Source of the DNA: a virus
Virus record (IMG/VR): IMGVR_UViG_3300009506_000015
Span: 11,429 to 75,428 of that record
DNA: 64,000 bases
Reading direction: 5' to 3' (one strand)
The translations under genes and the position numbers were made by a program. The notes beneath the pieces are model-generated. The model was not told where the DNA came from. It was given only the letters and a program-made list of their open reading frames with translations, and did not search any database. Positions 1-7,559 of the stretch are shown here, piece by piece. How positions within the stretch are numbered: the first letter of the stretch is position 1; the number at the start of each line of letters is the position of its first letter.

Positions 1-414
1 CAATTCAGACATTATGGTCGGTAGCCACTGTGATATGTCACGTGGGTACTTTTTGCGCATCGTATTCATTTCGGCTACGATGACGTCTACGTCACGTAGC
101 ATTACTGCGGAACGGAGCGGGGCTACAAACGTGCCCCACTGGTCTGGCGGGTCTGGCTTCTTCCAGATATCTATGAGTTCGTTCCATCGTTCTGGCTTAA
201 TGCCGTTCGTGCTGAACGACATCACGGTCAGGGGGTTGACATCCGCTCCCTGCATCCTTAACTTTATTGCCGCTTCCACCGTCGAAGCGTACAATGGGTC
301 CGAAAACCATCTACGTGACACACCGCGCAGTATCAGGTCGTCTACGATTGTTGGGTTTGCTGCGATATGTCGGATGATTGACTGCTCTGCTGAGAGATTC
401 CTAGCCGGGTCCAT
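1..414 (-). CDS. dnaB: DnaB-like replicative helicase, N-terminal part (runs off the left edge)
   Basis: Not in the ORF track. ATG at 414, open to base 1: MDPARNLSAEQSIIRHIAANPTIVDDLILRGVSRRWFSDPLYASTVEAAIKLRMQGADVNPLTV, matching the DnaB N-domain pattern (AEQxxL...F...I..L...G..ID..T). The ATPase domain is outside the window. Confidence 0.7.
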   Translation of the reverse strand, partial: MDPARNLSAEQSIIRHIAANPTIVDDLILRGVSRRWFSDPLYASTVEAAIKLRMQGADVNPLTVMSFSTNGIKPERWNELIDIWKKPDPPDQWGTFVAPLRSAVMLRDVDVIVAEMNTMRKKYPRDISQWLPTIMSEL

Positions 415-887
415 AGTGTTTTTGAAACCTCGTATTTAATGTCACCTATGATATCCTTTAGCCAATCTTCGTTCTTCCGTGGATCATCCCGTAGGTAGAT
501 ACCGTCCCATGCGCCACACTTTATGGCCTGTTCGCCGTACCTGCGCACCCACTTGTCGTAGTCTGCGCTGTATATCTCTGGAGGGTCTGGTGGTCTTAGG
601 AACCGTTCCATGAGCGGAGGCTCGCCCCATGAATATAGTATCTCCATCCCGTCGATAGGAAGCCTGGGCAGCTTGTTCTCCTCGTACCCAAACTCCCAAT
701 ACCTACCGCCAACGATGGCGTCTAGTGCTGCAATGATAGCGTCTGGATCGTACTTCATTTCGTGTATGAGGACACGTGCGGCTTTCATATGCCTGCCACG
801 AAAGTCTGCGAGTGTCCACTTGCGATTAGCGACGTTGTTCACGAACCAGTGAGCCAGTTCGTATGTCGGGCCTGATGCTTTAGGCAT
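342..887 (-). CDS. hypothetical protein, possible replication initiator/helicase loader
   Basis: 181-aa ORF immediately upstream of and overlapping the DnaB-like gene; function inferred from position only. Confidence 0.6.
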   Translation of the reverse strand: MPKASGPTYELAHWFVNNVANRKWTLADFRGRHMKAARVLIHEMKYDPDAIIAALDAIVGGRYWEFGYEENKLPRLPIDGMEILYSWGEPPLMERFLRPPDPPEIYSADYDKWVRRYGEQAIKCGAWDGIYLRDDPRKNEDWLKDIIGDIKYEVSKTLWTRLGISQQSSQSSDISQQTQQS

Positions 888-1062
888 ATTCCTCCCAGTC
901 TTCGGTGTACATCCAGTATTCTACGTCTGTGAGTAGAGCGTTGTCCTGGGGCTTATCGACTATGCGGATAAGTATATATTTCCTTAGAGTCGATATCCAC
1001 AGGACAACGCCCAAGATGCGCGGGTCTTTCCGGTTGTGTACTTTAGACCCTACGTGTATCAT
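880..1062 (-). CDS. small hypothetical protein
   Basis: 60 aa, overlaps both neighbours in the same direction. Confidence 0.5.
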   Translation of the reverse strand: MIHVGSKVHNRKDPRILGVVLWISTLRKYILIRIVDKPQDNALLTDVEYWMYTEDWEEYA

Positions 1063-1089
1063 TATAACATATCCGGCGGAATCTGTAAA
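1061..1089 (-). promoter_or_regulatory. sigma70-type promoter, phage motif copy 1
   Basis: TTTACA-gattccGCCggatatgt(17)-TATAAT on the minus strand. Confidence 0.7.
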
Positions 1090-1751
1090 TCAATTTGTGC
1101 TAGCCACCCTAGCATGTCAAACTTGATATGATACGGAACGGGTTCACCGTTGATCGCGGCGACAACTTCTCGCGCCGCCAGCGATGCTAGGAACATCCCG
1201 TTGTACGCCACCGAGCGCATCGAGCATGGAATCTCCATAGGGTGGTCGTCCAGTATCGAGCTTGTGTATGCCTCTGACGTGAGCGTTGGTGGCGTGACAT
1301 GATACAGTTCCACCACGTTGCTGCCCATGCGGCAGTCAAAGTAGTATTCCCACCAGTTCGATGCCGCCAGCGTCTTGGCTATCGCTTCGCGTGATTCGTG
1401 AGAGTCCACGGCGGATACGACTATGACATCATCGTTGAAGTTGTAGAACTCTTCTTCGGTCCCGTTCCACCTGAACGCGCCCGGTACTATGGATACGTCG
1501 TCCACGAACTCGAGCACGTTCTTGACGATGGCTGTGACCTTCTTGTCGGGAACATCACTTGGCTTGTAGAACTGTGGCTCGATGTTCTCCGGCGACACTA
1601 TGTCGTCGTCGTACACGTTGATCGTGCCAACGCCCAGCTTGGCGAGCAGGTACACCAGATTGCTGCCAACGGCACCAGAGCCAACCACGACTACAATCCT
1701 GCTTTTCAGGATATCGTGATCGACAAGATCGTCCGAGCGTGACCTATCCAT
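1062..1751 (-). CDS. ThiF/E1-family ubiquitin-like activating enzyme
   Basis: VVGSGAVGS Rossmann loop, YDDDIVSPENIEPQFY, SAVDSHESR, DCRMG, single candidate catalytic Cys in EIPCSMRS; no paired CxxC zinc sites. Confidence 0.9.
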   Translation of the reverse strand: MDRSRSDDLVDHDILKSRIVVVVGSGAVGSNLVYLLAKLGVGTINVYDDDIVSPENIEPQFYKPSDVPDKKVTAIVKNVLEFVDDVSIVPGAFRWNGTEEEFYNFNDDVIVVSAVDSHESREAIAKTLAASNWWEYYFDCRMGSNVVELYHVTPPTLTSEAYTSSILDDHPMEIPCSMRSVAYNGMFLASLAAREVVAAINGEPVPYHIKFDMLGWLAQIDLQIPPDML

Positions 1752-2688
1752 ACGCCGACTCCATCACGCTGTAGAGCGCGTCATAGCACTTGTCGCACAG
1801 CGCCAGGTCGGGCATACCGTCTATACCTGGCACGATGTTGACATGCCCCTCGATATCACCGGCGCAGGTGAAGCACTTCATTTCACCTACGTGCGCACAC
1901 TCCAGGCAGATAGGCGGGGTCGCGCTGTCCAGACAGTTCTCGCACACTTCGGCAGCACACAGGCCGCATGTACGCAGTCTGCCAACTTCGTGGCACAGCT
2001 CGCACACACCGTAGTTCATTACTCTATCGTAGCCATGCAGGTGTGGCCGATGCACCGAGCCGTTCTTCGGAGACTTGAACTTGTCATAAAGTGGCTGGTT
2101 GACTCCGTACTCCAGCGTGACATTCAAGTCTTCGTAGCTGCCCAGCGTGTCGCGCCTGGCGATCACGATATCGGACCCGAACTCGATAGACACCGTGGTT
2201 GCGTCTTCAGACTGCTGCATCTTCAGCGCGTCTTCTATGGCGTCCAGGTCAGTACCGGACCAGAACGCCGACATGGGATGTCTGTGGACCCAGGCGAAGC
2301 GATACTCGTCCAGGTCGTAGCCATCATCCATAGCGAGCATGACTGCCTGAGCGTAGTGCATAGCAGTAAGCTCCGTCGTGGCATGGGAGTCGTTTTCGTG
2401 TTCGCTGAGTACGTACAGCCTAACGACGTGCATATCGCCACTTTCGGTTTCCCTATACAGCCCGTAACCGGACCACTCCAGGGATGTCGCATGGTTCAGG
2501 ACCAGCGCTCGAACAGTCACTTCGCTGTCTAGGTGGATAGTATGGATGGTTGGCAACTGGTCCTTACGTGGCTTGAGCGGTAGTTGGTGGAATTGTTTCA
2601 CTACGGGTGGCGTAGAACTTTGCCTGTACCCCTGCGTCACGCTCCGGTTCCTATGCTTCTTCTTGAACAGTTTATCCATCAGTCGCAT
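1744..2688 (-). CDS. JAB/JAMM (MPN+) metallo-isopeptidase with C-terminal Cys-rich zinc fingers
   Basis: LEWSGYG (catalytic E) and WVHRHPMSAFWSGTD (HxH..SxxD); C-terminal CELC, CGLC, CENC, CLEC, CFTC, CDKC. Confidence 0.85.
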   Translation of the reverse strand: MRLMDKLFKKKHRNRSVTQGYRQSSTPPVVKQFHQLPLKPRKDQLPTIHTIHLDSEVTVRALVLNHATSLEWSGYGLYRETESGDMHVVRLYVLSEHENDSHATTELTAMHYAQAVMLAMDDGYDLDEYRFAWVHRHPMSAFWSGTDLDAIEDALKMQQSEDATTVSIEFGSDIVIARRDTLGSYEDLNVTLEYGVNQPLYDKFKSPKNGSVHRPHLHGYDRVMNYGVCELCHEVGRLRTCGLCAAEVCENCLDSATPPICLECAHVGEMKCFTCAGDIEGHVNIVPGIDGMPDLALCDKCYDALYSVMESAYG

Positions 2689-3337
2689 GTATCACCTCGT
2701 GCAGTCTACACCTGCCACCCATATGGCAGTAGCTACTCGGGCAGGTACGCGGGATGTGGACGTTACAGTAGTAGCCGAACGTCCTGGCGCACCTGTACCC
2801 GATCTCCTCGGACAAACATGATGGGCATAGCTTACGCCCACAGAACTCGCAATGATGGTACGAGCGCGGGGCGTACCATTCGCCCTTGTGCGATGGGCAC
2901 TCCTCCGCGTCCGGGTTATACTTTGAGTTGGTCCACCAGCCTTCGTATGCCCCAGGAATGTAGATACTGCGCAGGAAATCGACGGACATGCCGTACAAAG
3001 CGACTATGTCGCCCTCTCTTAGCAGCACGTCGAACCCGTCTTTCGTGTTGCCCATGCATGGGTGGCCCATATGCACGTGCGGGTGCGGCTGGCCGCGCAT
3101 GACCACGCCGCCCTTGACCCTCCTGCCGGTGAACTCAAGTTCGTACTTGCCGAAGTTAAAGTCATCCAGCTCCGGCGCTATGATATCGTCGGTAGTAACA
3201 ATGGCGCTGCCTACCTTTACCTTCCACACCCTGCCATCCCATTCGGTTTCATAGTATCCGCCAGAACCTCTGGGCGCTCTGCTCATAGCTTTCTTGAACA
3301 CGCCCGTGTATATCAGATTTGGTACGTCTGTTATCAT
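2672..3337 (-). CDS. prokaryotic E2-like conjugating enzyme with C-terminal Cys/His-rich domain
   Basis: HPHVHMGHPCMGN resembles the E2 HP[N/H]...C active-site motif; lies between Ubl and JAB. Start moved to ATG 3337 behind GGAG. Confidence 0.75.
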   Translation of the reverse strand: MITDVPNLIYTGVFKKAMSRAPRGSGGYYETEWDGRVWKVKVGSAIVTTDDIIAPELDDFNFGKYELEFTGRRVKGGVVMRGQPHPHVHMGHPCMGNTKDGFDVLLREGDIVALYGMSVDFLRSIYIPGAYEGWWTNSKYNPDAEECPSHKGEWYAPRSYHHCEFCGRKLCPSCLSEEIGYRCARTFGYYCNVHIPRTCPSSYCHMGGRCRLHEVIHATDG

Positions 3338-3353
3338 TATGCTCTCCAAACAC

Positions 3354-3385
3354 AAAAGCCGGGGGGACGTGGCAATCCCCCCGGC
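3354..3385 (-). terminator. intra-operon hairpin plus short U-tract between Ubl and E2
   Basis: 10-bp stem GCCGGGGGGA/TCCCCCCGGC, 8-nt loop, followed by TTTTGTG on the minus strand. Confidence 0.65.
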
Positions 3386-3400
3386 ACAAGATGTAGACCG

Positions 3401-3760
3401 TCAAGCTCCCTTGACGGTGCCACTAAAGACGAGAACCTGACCGGGAGCTACGTGATCCATTTCCTCTGCGTAGCTGCCGTTCATGATCACCTGCATTGCC
3501 TCGGCGTCTTCCCTGCCCATAGATACGAGCCGCTTGCGCAGCGTCCCTACGGTTTCATCGTGGGCGACCTCCACGGTCATCGGTCTGCCGTTGTGGAACA
3601 TCACCCTCACCGAGCCAGCAGGGACCGTCAGGTCTACCATTTCTGGCTCATCATCAAAGTCATCCTCGATCTCGTCGTCGTCATCGAAGATGGCGTAGAT
3701 TTCTTCGTCATCGAAATCATCGTCTTCCTCGAGTGGCGGCCTCTCATTCCAGTCTGTCAC
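3401..3760 (-). CDS. ubiquitin-like (beta-grasp) modifier with acidic N-terminal extension
   Basis: VRVMF-HNGR-MTVEV..ETVGTLRKRL..QVIMNG..GQVLVF pattern of the ubiquitin fold; ends VKGA; strong SD GGAGGTG; first gene of the E2-JAB-E1 operon. Confidence 0.8.
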   Translation of the reverse strand: MTDWNERPPLEEDDDFDDEEIYAIFDDDDEIEDDFDDEPEMVDLTVPAGSVRVMFHNGRPMTVEVAHDETVGTLRKRLVSMGREDAEAMQVIMNGSYAEEMDHVAPGQVLVFSGTVKGA

Positions 3761-3793
3761 GATGCATCACCTCCATTTTTAATGTGCTACAAG

Positions 3794-3822
3794 ATTATAA
3801 CATTTGCGGCTGGAAGTGTAAA
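3794..3822 (-). promoter_or_regulatory. sigma70-type promoter, phage motif copy 2 (Ubl operon)
   Basis: TTTACA-cttccaGCCgcaaatgt-TATAAT. Confidence 0.8.
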
Positions 3823-4188
3823 TCAAGATTTCCGCGCCACCTTTAGCACATAGTCGGTAGGTTCTCGTATCCTATCCGACATGGTAGTGTAGTGCCAGAT
3901 TCCCTGAGAAAACAAGACGCCCTTGCTGTTGATGACGTGCTGACCATGCGGCCCTCGTCTGTTGACACGATATTTGGGCGGGATAGATATCTGGTGTACT
4001 TCCGCCATATACCCCGCTACTACATACTCGACGTACCAACCATATGGCCTGATGGCGGCACGGACGTAGAACAAACCATACGAGTCCGGCAGCCACCTTG
4101 TGAGCTTATACAGTACGTCCAGCCACCTGGACCTGCTACTATCGGGCCAGATGGCTGTCCGTACCGCAAGGACTATCGACCTATGCAC
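3823..4188 (-). CDS. hypothetical protein
   Basis: 121 aa, SD AGGAAGG, overlaps upstream gene. Confidence 0.6.
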   Translation of the reverse strand: MHRSIVLAVRTAIWPDSSRSRWLDVLYKLTRWLPDSYGLFYVRAAIRPYGWYVEYVVAGYMAEVHQISIPPKYRVNRRGPHGQHVINSKGVLFSQGIWHYTTMSDRIREPTDYVLKVARKS

Positions 4189-4402
4189 CGCCTTCCTCTT
4201 TCTTGTCCAGCATCCGCCAGCCAGTAGCTCCGGGCGGATATATCAGGTCGAAGCTCGGTTGTTCTTCACTGTACTCGGTGTTCACAACCCTGACGATGAT
4301 AGGTCCAGGCTCGAACAGTAGGTCTACGCTGCTCTGCCCATTGACGTTGACGCCCGTGAGCGTCTTTCCTAGAACCTTGGCTATCCACGCATCCCAGTCC
4401 AT
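4181..4402 (-). CDS. hypothetical protein
   Basis: Start moved to MDWDAWIAK directly after the upstream stop. Confidence 0.6.
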   Translation of the reverse strand: MDWDAWIAKVLGKTLTGVNVNGQSSVDLLFEPGPIIVRVVNTEYSEEQPSFDLIYPPGATGWRMLDKKEEGGA

Positions 4403-4403
4403 G

Positions 4404-5075
4404 TTACCCCCAGACAAACCACCGGGTAACGATGGGTGGTTCTTGCGGTTCGGCGCAACCGATAGCCGCCAGGACGTAGAACTTTTTGTCATCAGTGCGG
4501 GCGAGCCGCTGCGCCTCGCGCATTGCTGCGCCTGCGCTATCATGCCTGACAGTGGACGCCAGCGTCCTTTGGTCACTGGATACCACGTAGAACTCCGGCT
4601 TGCCTATTTGGCCTATTTGGTCGGCCAGATATCGCACTATCTTGTCGTCCAGGCGGTCGTATGCAGGTGGCGGCGGTACAACCTCTGCCCAGTCATAGTT
4701 GTTGACCATTTCCGACCGGGAAATGGTCGTCCCGGTCACGGTATCGACAAGCCCGCTGACCGAGTTGTAGTATACCAGCGTGGCTTTCCTGTGGTCGCCA
4801 GTGTTCTTGGCGATCCAGTAGTATTCGCCCATCACAGGCGGGTGGCCGCTGTGCCACCCGTAGTTGTGCCGATACTTGAACTTCGGTTCGTCCATGTCTG
4901 GCGTGAGCGGACCCTTGTGCATCATGTCGGGGACCAGCTCGGGTGCTAGCCGCGCACCCGATGGGCCGCGCAGCATATGGTCGTCGTTGGTGTACCAATA
5001 CACGGCGTCTTCCGTGCCTGGACGCCGTATCCAGTAGAACCCGCTCTCCACGGGTTCGCCTCTAATCCATTCCAT
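4404..5075 (-). CDS. hypothetical protein with two W..G.P...G.YW repeats
   Basis: WIRGEPVESGFYWIR and WHSGHPPVMGEYYWIA; SD GGAGG. Confidence 0.75.
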   Translation of the reverse strand: MEWIRGEPVESGFYWIRRPGTEDAVYWYTNDDHMLRGPSGARLAPELVPDMMHKGPLTPDMDEPKFKYRHNYGWHSGHPPVMGEYYWIAKNTGDHRKATLVYYNSVSGLVDTVTGTTISRSEMVNNYDWAEVVPPPPAYDRLDDKIVRYLADQIGQIGKPEFYVVSSDQRTLASTVRHDSAGAAMREAQRLARTDDKKFYVLAAIGCAEPQEPPIVTRWFVWG

Positions 5076-5077
5076 GT

Positions 5078-5356
5078 TTATCCTCCGTTTTCGTAGATAT
5101 CCAGCACCGAATATTCCTTGCGCACTGGTTCTGTATCAGCCAGCGTCCTATCCGGTTCTGGGATTGGCCCCATCCACTCGAAGTGCTCGGAGCCTAGGAA
5201 GTCAACAACGCCATCGTAAGAACGGTCATCGCCATGTATCCAGATATTCCCCTGAGACAGCAGGACAAGCTCCCGCATGTCCAGATGGTTCCCATACCGT
5301 ATCCAGTAGTAGCCTTCCTGGTCGATTGATACTAGCTTCCCGTCATTCCAGACCAT
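5078..5356 (-). CDS. hypothetical protein, same repeat family
   Basis: MVWNDGKLVSIDQEGYYWIR...MGPIPEP. Confidence 0.65.
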   Translation of the reverse strand: MVWNDGKLVSIDQEGYYWIRYGNHLDMRELVLLSQGNIWIHGDDRSYDGVVDFLGSEHFEWMGPIPEPDRTLADTEPVRKEYSVLDIYENGG

Positions 5357-6056
5357 GCTGCACCAGCTTGTCATACAGCCTGGCGGCGTACTCCCTGGCC
5401 TCGTCGCGTTCCTTCCCGACCTGAGCGTGCCAGCTAGCCCTGTCGCGCAGGGTGTTTCGTGCGACATTCAGCTCTTGTTCCAGCCGCTCCACGTCTAGGA
5501 CGAGTAAGTGCTGTGCGTGTTCCGCCATATTACGGGCAGCGTCCAGTTCCAGAACGCGCCGTTCCAGAAAGGATACACGTCCAGTTGCGCCTTCCGCCCT
5601 GGATTCTGCATCCCGTATGGCCATGTCGCTCGCGTTCCGAGCATCCTGAAGTTCCATATCGTGCTGAGCGTTGACGTGTTCCAGTTCTTGGCTGAGCATG
5701 ACAGCCGTTGCCGACAGTTCGCGGATAGTATCCGTGGCTTCTATGGCGAGTTGCTGGTACGTGGCGCACACCGCACGCCACGTGTTCTGTCCGTGGTAGA
5801 ACTTTCGCGCCCACTCACGAGCTTCGCGCACGTCCGCTACGAGAGCATCTTCACGTGTCACGTAGTCCGGCACGAGCGGCCCTGCATACTCTAGGCCAAG
5901 GAAATACGAGTCCACGTCATATGTCTCCGGCACGTGTGCGGCATAGTACGATATCACGTTGTCCCCAACCACTCTGACGAGCCAGGTGCCGAACAGCGAC
6001 GCCTTAACCCAATAGTAGCCGTCGAAGTCAGGTGTCCCTTGTTGCCATTCAGTCAT
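5343..6056 (-). CDS. hypothetical protein, repeat domain plus coiled coil
   Basis: WQQGTPDFDGYYWVK...AGPLVPD then heptad-rich helical region; SD GAGGAGG. Confidence 0.75.
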   Translation of the reverse strand: MTEWQQGTPDFDGYYWVKASLFGTWLVRVVGDNVISYYAAHVPETYDVDSYFLGLEYAGPLVPDYVTREDALVADVREAREWARKFYHGQNTWRAVCATYQQLAIEATDTIRELSATAVMLSQELEHVNAQHDMELQDARNASDMAIRDAESRAEGATGRVSFLERRVLELDAARNMAEHAQHLLVLDVERLEQELNVARNTLRDRASWHAQVGKERDEAREYAARLYDKLVQHGLE

Positions 6057-6664
6057 GTTTCCTCCTCTCTCGCGGAGTCTATTGCACTCCGCGCTTTTTC
6101 CCTAACCGACTTGATTATCCTGCTGGCGTACAGGGTATTGGTAGACAGAATCGGGGCGAGTTTCCTACTGGAAACGGCCCCGTCCAGTGCTACCATGAAT
6201 TTCAGACATGTGCGTTCGCGTTCGTCAAGGTTGCCCCACAGGTCGTTGAGCCACTGTGGCGTCTCATCGTCCAGGTGGTACTCGTCCGTGACCGCGTTGC
6301 GTTCCTCCATGTCCGATATCACCCCGTTGTCATCTCTGGGCATCTCCAGTTCGTGGTACAGGTGGCGGTTCTGTCTGTGTACGGCGTGCTTGGTACTGTC
6401 CTTGCCAGCTTCGTCCGCCATGGACAGTATGATGCCCTTGCCAATACCTATAACCCATGTCGGGAACGCCGACAATCGTGGGTTATAGTCTTCCTTGCGT
6501 AGCATGGCTGTTTCCCAGGCGGCCTGTACAACGTCGTCTGAAGCCCAGCCCATGCCGCGTATGTACGCATACTTGCGGATAGATTGTTCGATATCTGCGC
6601 CAAATACACGTACATATTCTGCGAACCAGTCAATCTCAATCCGTTGCTTCCTTGCTCTCGTCAT
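6053..6664 (-). CDS. RNA polymerase sigma-70 family (ECF-like) factor
   Basis: Region 2-like DDVVQAAWETAMLRKEDYNPRLSAFPTWVIGI; region 4-like LDERERTCL...SSRKLAPILS..YASRIIKSVREK. Confidence 0.8.
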   Translation of the reverse strand: MTRARKQRIEIDWFAEYVRVFGADIEQSIRKYAYIRGMGWASDDVVQAAWETAMLRKEDYNPRLSAFPTWVIGIGKGIILSMADEAGKDSTKHAVHRQNRHLYHELEMPRDDNGVISDMEERNAVTDEYHLDDETPQWLNDLWGNLDERERTCLKFMVALDGAVSSRKLAPILSTNTLYASRIIKSVREKARSAIDSAREEET

Positions 6665-6905
6665 TGCCAGTCGCCTCCGCCTCAAGGCCATACCGGGACA
6701 GAAAGTCCTCGTAGCTATCGGGGCTAGCGCCCCGATTCATTGCTTCGCAATGAACGAGTACATAGGCCCGGAATGGACTAAGTCCTTGCAGGTCAGCGAC
6801 GCCACAGACAGCGTGTGTAGCATCCATGTGTCTGATGTATGCACGCCGTTCCTGTTGGTGCCACGCGACCTGAATTTCTGTTCTGCGTCTAGCCCAACGG
6901 TTCAC
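6636..6905 (-). CDS. hypothetical protein
   Basis: 89 aa, SD AAAGGGGGTG upstream. Confidence 0.6.
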   Translation of the reverse strand: MNRWARRRTEIQVAWHQQERRAYIRHMDATHAVCGVADLQGLSPFRAYVLVHCEAMNRGASPDSYEDFLSRYGLEAEATGNDESKEATD

Positions 6906-6926
6906 CTATCGTGTCACCCCCTTTCC

Positions 6927-7330
6927 GAAACAAAGCATCCCCCTCGTTATCTTTGTGAAATATTTCACAGCAGGGGATACAACCCTTTCCGCCAGAACAC
7001 ACCGGGCTTTTTAGAGTTTACACCTCATCGAGGGACTCTACTTTCAGCTTCTCCAAATGGAGGGGTGCTCGGTTCCGCTATCCACCCCACAGGCTGGTAT
7101 TAACAGGTCACGGGTTGCTGATTTCGCATGGAACGGTCGGCCCCGCGCTAGCAGGACCACATCGAGTGCCCTTGGACGTGTGCGTATTGCGCTCTGCAAG
7201 GCGTGTCAGCCCGCACACGTTTCGTGTTCGTCGTGCCAGTTGGTGTCGTAGTTCTTGGCAACCTACGGTACTACCGATATTCCGGTCGCCACCATCCTTG
7301 CAGGGATAGCGCAGTTACCAAGGTGTCATA
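6927..7330 (-). ncRNA. candidate ~400-nt structured ncRNA
   Basis: No minus-strand ORF; nested helices 7318-7323/7170-7175, 7308-7313/7188-7193, 7296-7303/7194-7201; crossing 9-bp helix 7212-7220/7176-7184; terminal hairpin 6935-6980 followed by TTTGTTTC. Confidence 0.6.
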
Positions 7331-7332
7331 TA

Positions 7333-7431
7333 CAGGGCGGGTTGGATTCGATACCAACATATCCTGGTCCGCTCACCACGTCCGTGTCTACGTGGCACTT
7401 TCCCAGGTGAGGAACTTTCCTCCACCGCCCT
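7333..7431 (-). ncRNA. tRNA-like RNA with expanded anticodon arm
   Basis: Acceptor AGGGCGG/CCGCCCT, D-stem GAGG/CCTC, CCTGG/CCAGG stem enclosing an extra hairpin, T-arm GTTGG-TATCGAAT-CCAAC; no 7-nt anticodon loop. Confidence 0.7.
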
Positions 7432-7433
7432 AA

Positions 7434-7554
7434 GTTGTGGGGCAGGATTCGAACCTGCTTCCCGCGTTCAGCCCGTCACTGAGTGTCCGGTAGGGTCATG
7501 CATCGGGAACACTAACCCCTATCGCTGCGTGTCACCGTCCACGCCGCCCACAAC
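7434..7554 (-). ncRNA. tRNA-like RNA with ~70-nt insert in place of the anticodon/variable arms
   Basis: Acceptor GTTGTGGG/CCCACAAC, D-arm GCGT-GGACGGTGAC-ACGC, T-arm GCAGG-TTCGAAT-CCTGC. Confidence 0.7.
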
Positions 7555-7559
7555 GTGTA

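Noticed and set aside
1062-1751. ThiF/MoeB as a thiamine or molybdopterin biosynthesis gene
   Set aside because: No ThiS/ThiG/MoaE or sulfur-transfer genes; the neighbours are E2-like, JAB and Ubl genes.
6927-7554. tmRNA, RNase P RNA or group I intron
   Set aside because: No tag reading frame with tmRNA ends, no GAGGAAAGUCC plus matching P4 partner, and no recognisable group I core; kept as an unclassified ncRNA.
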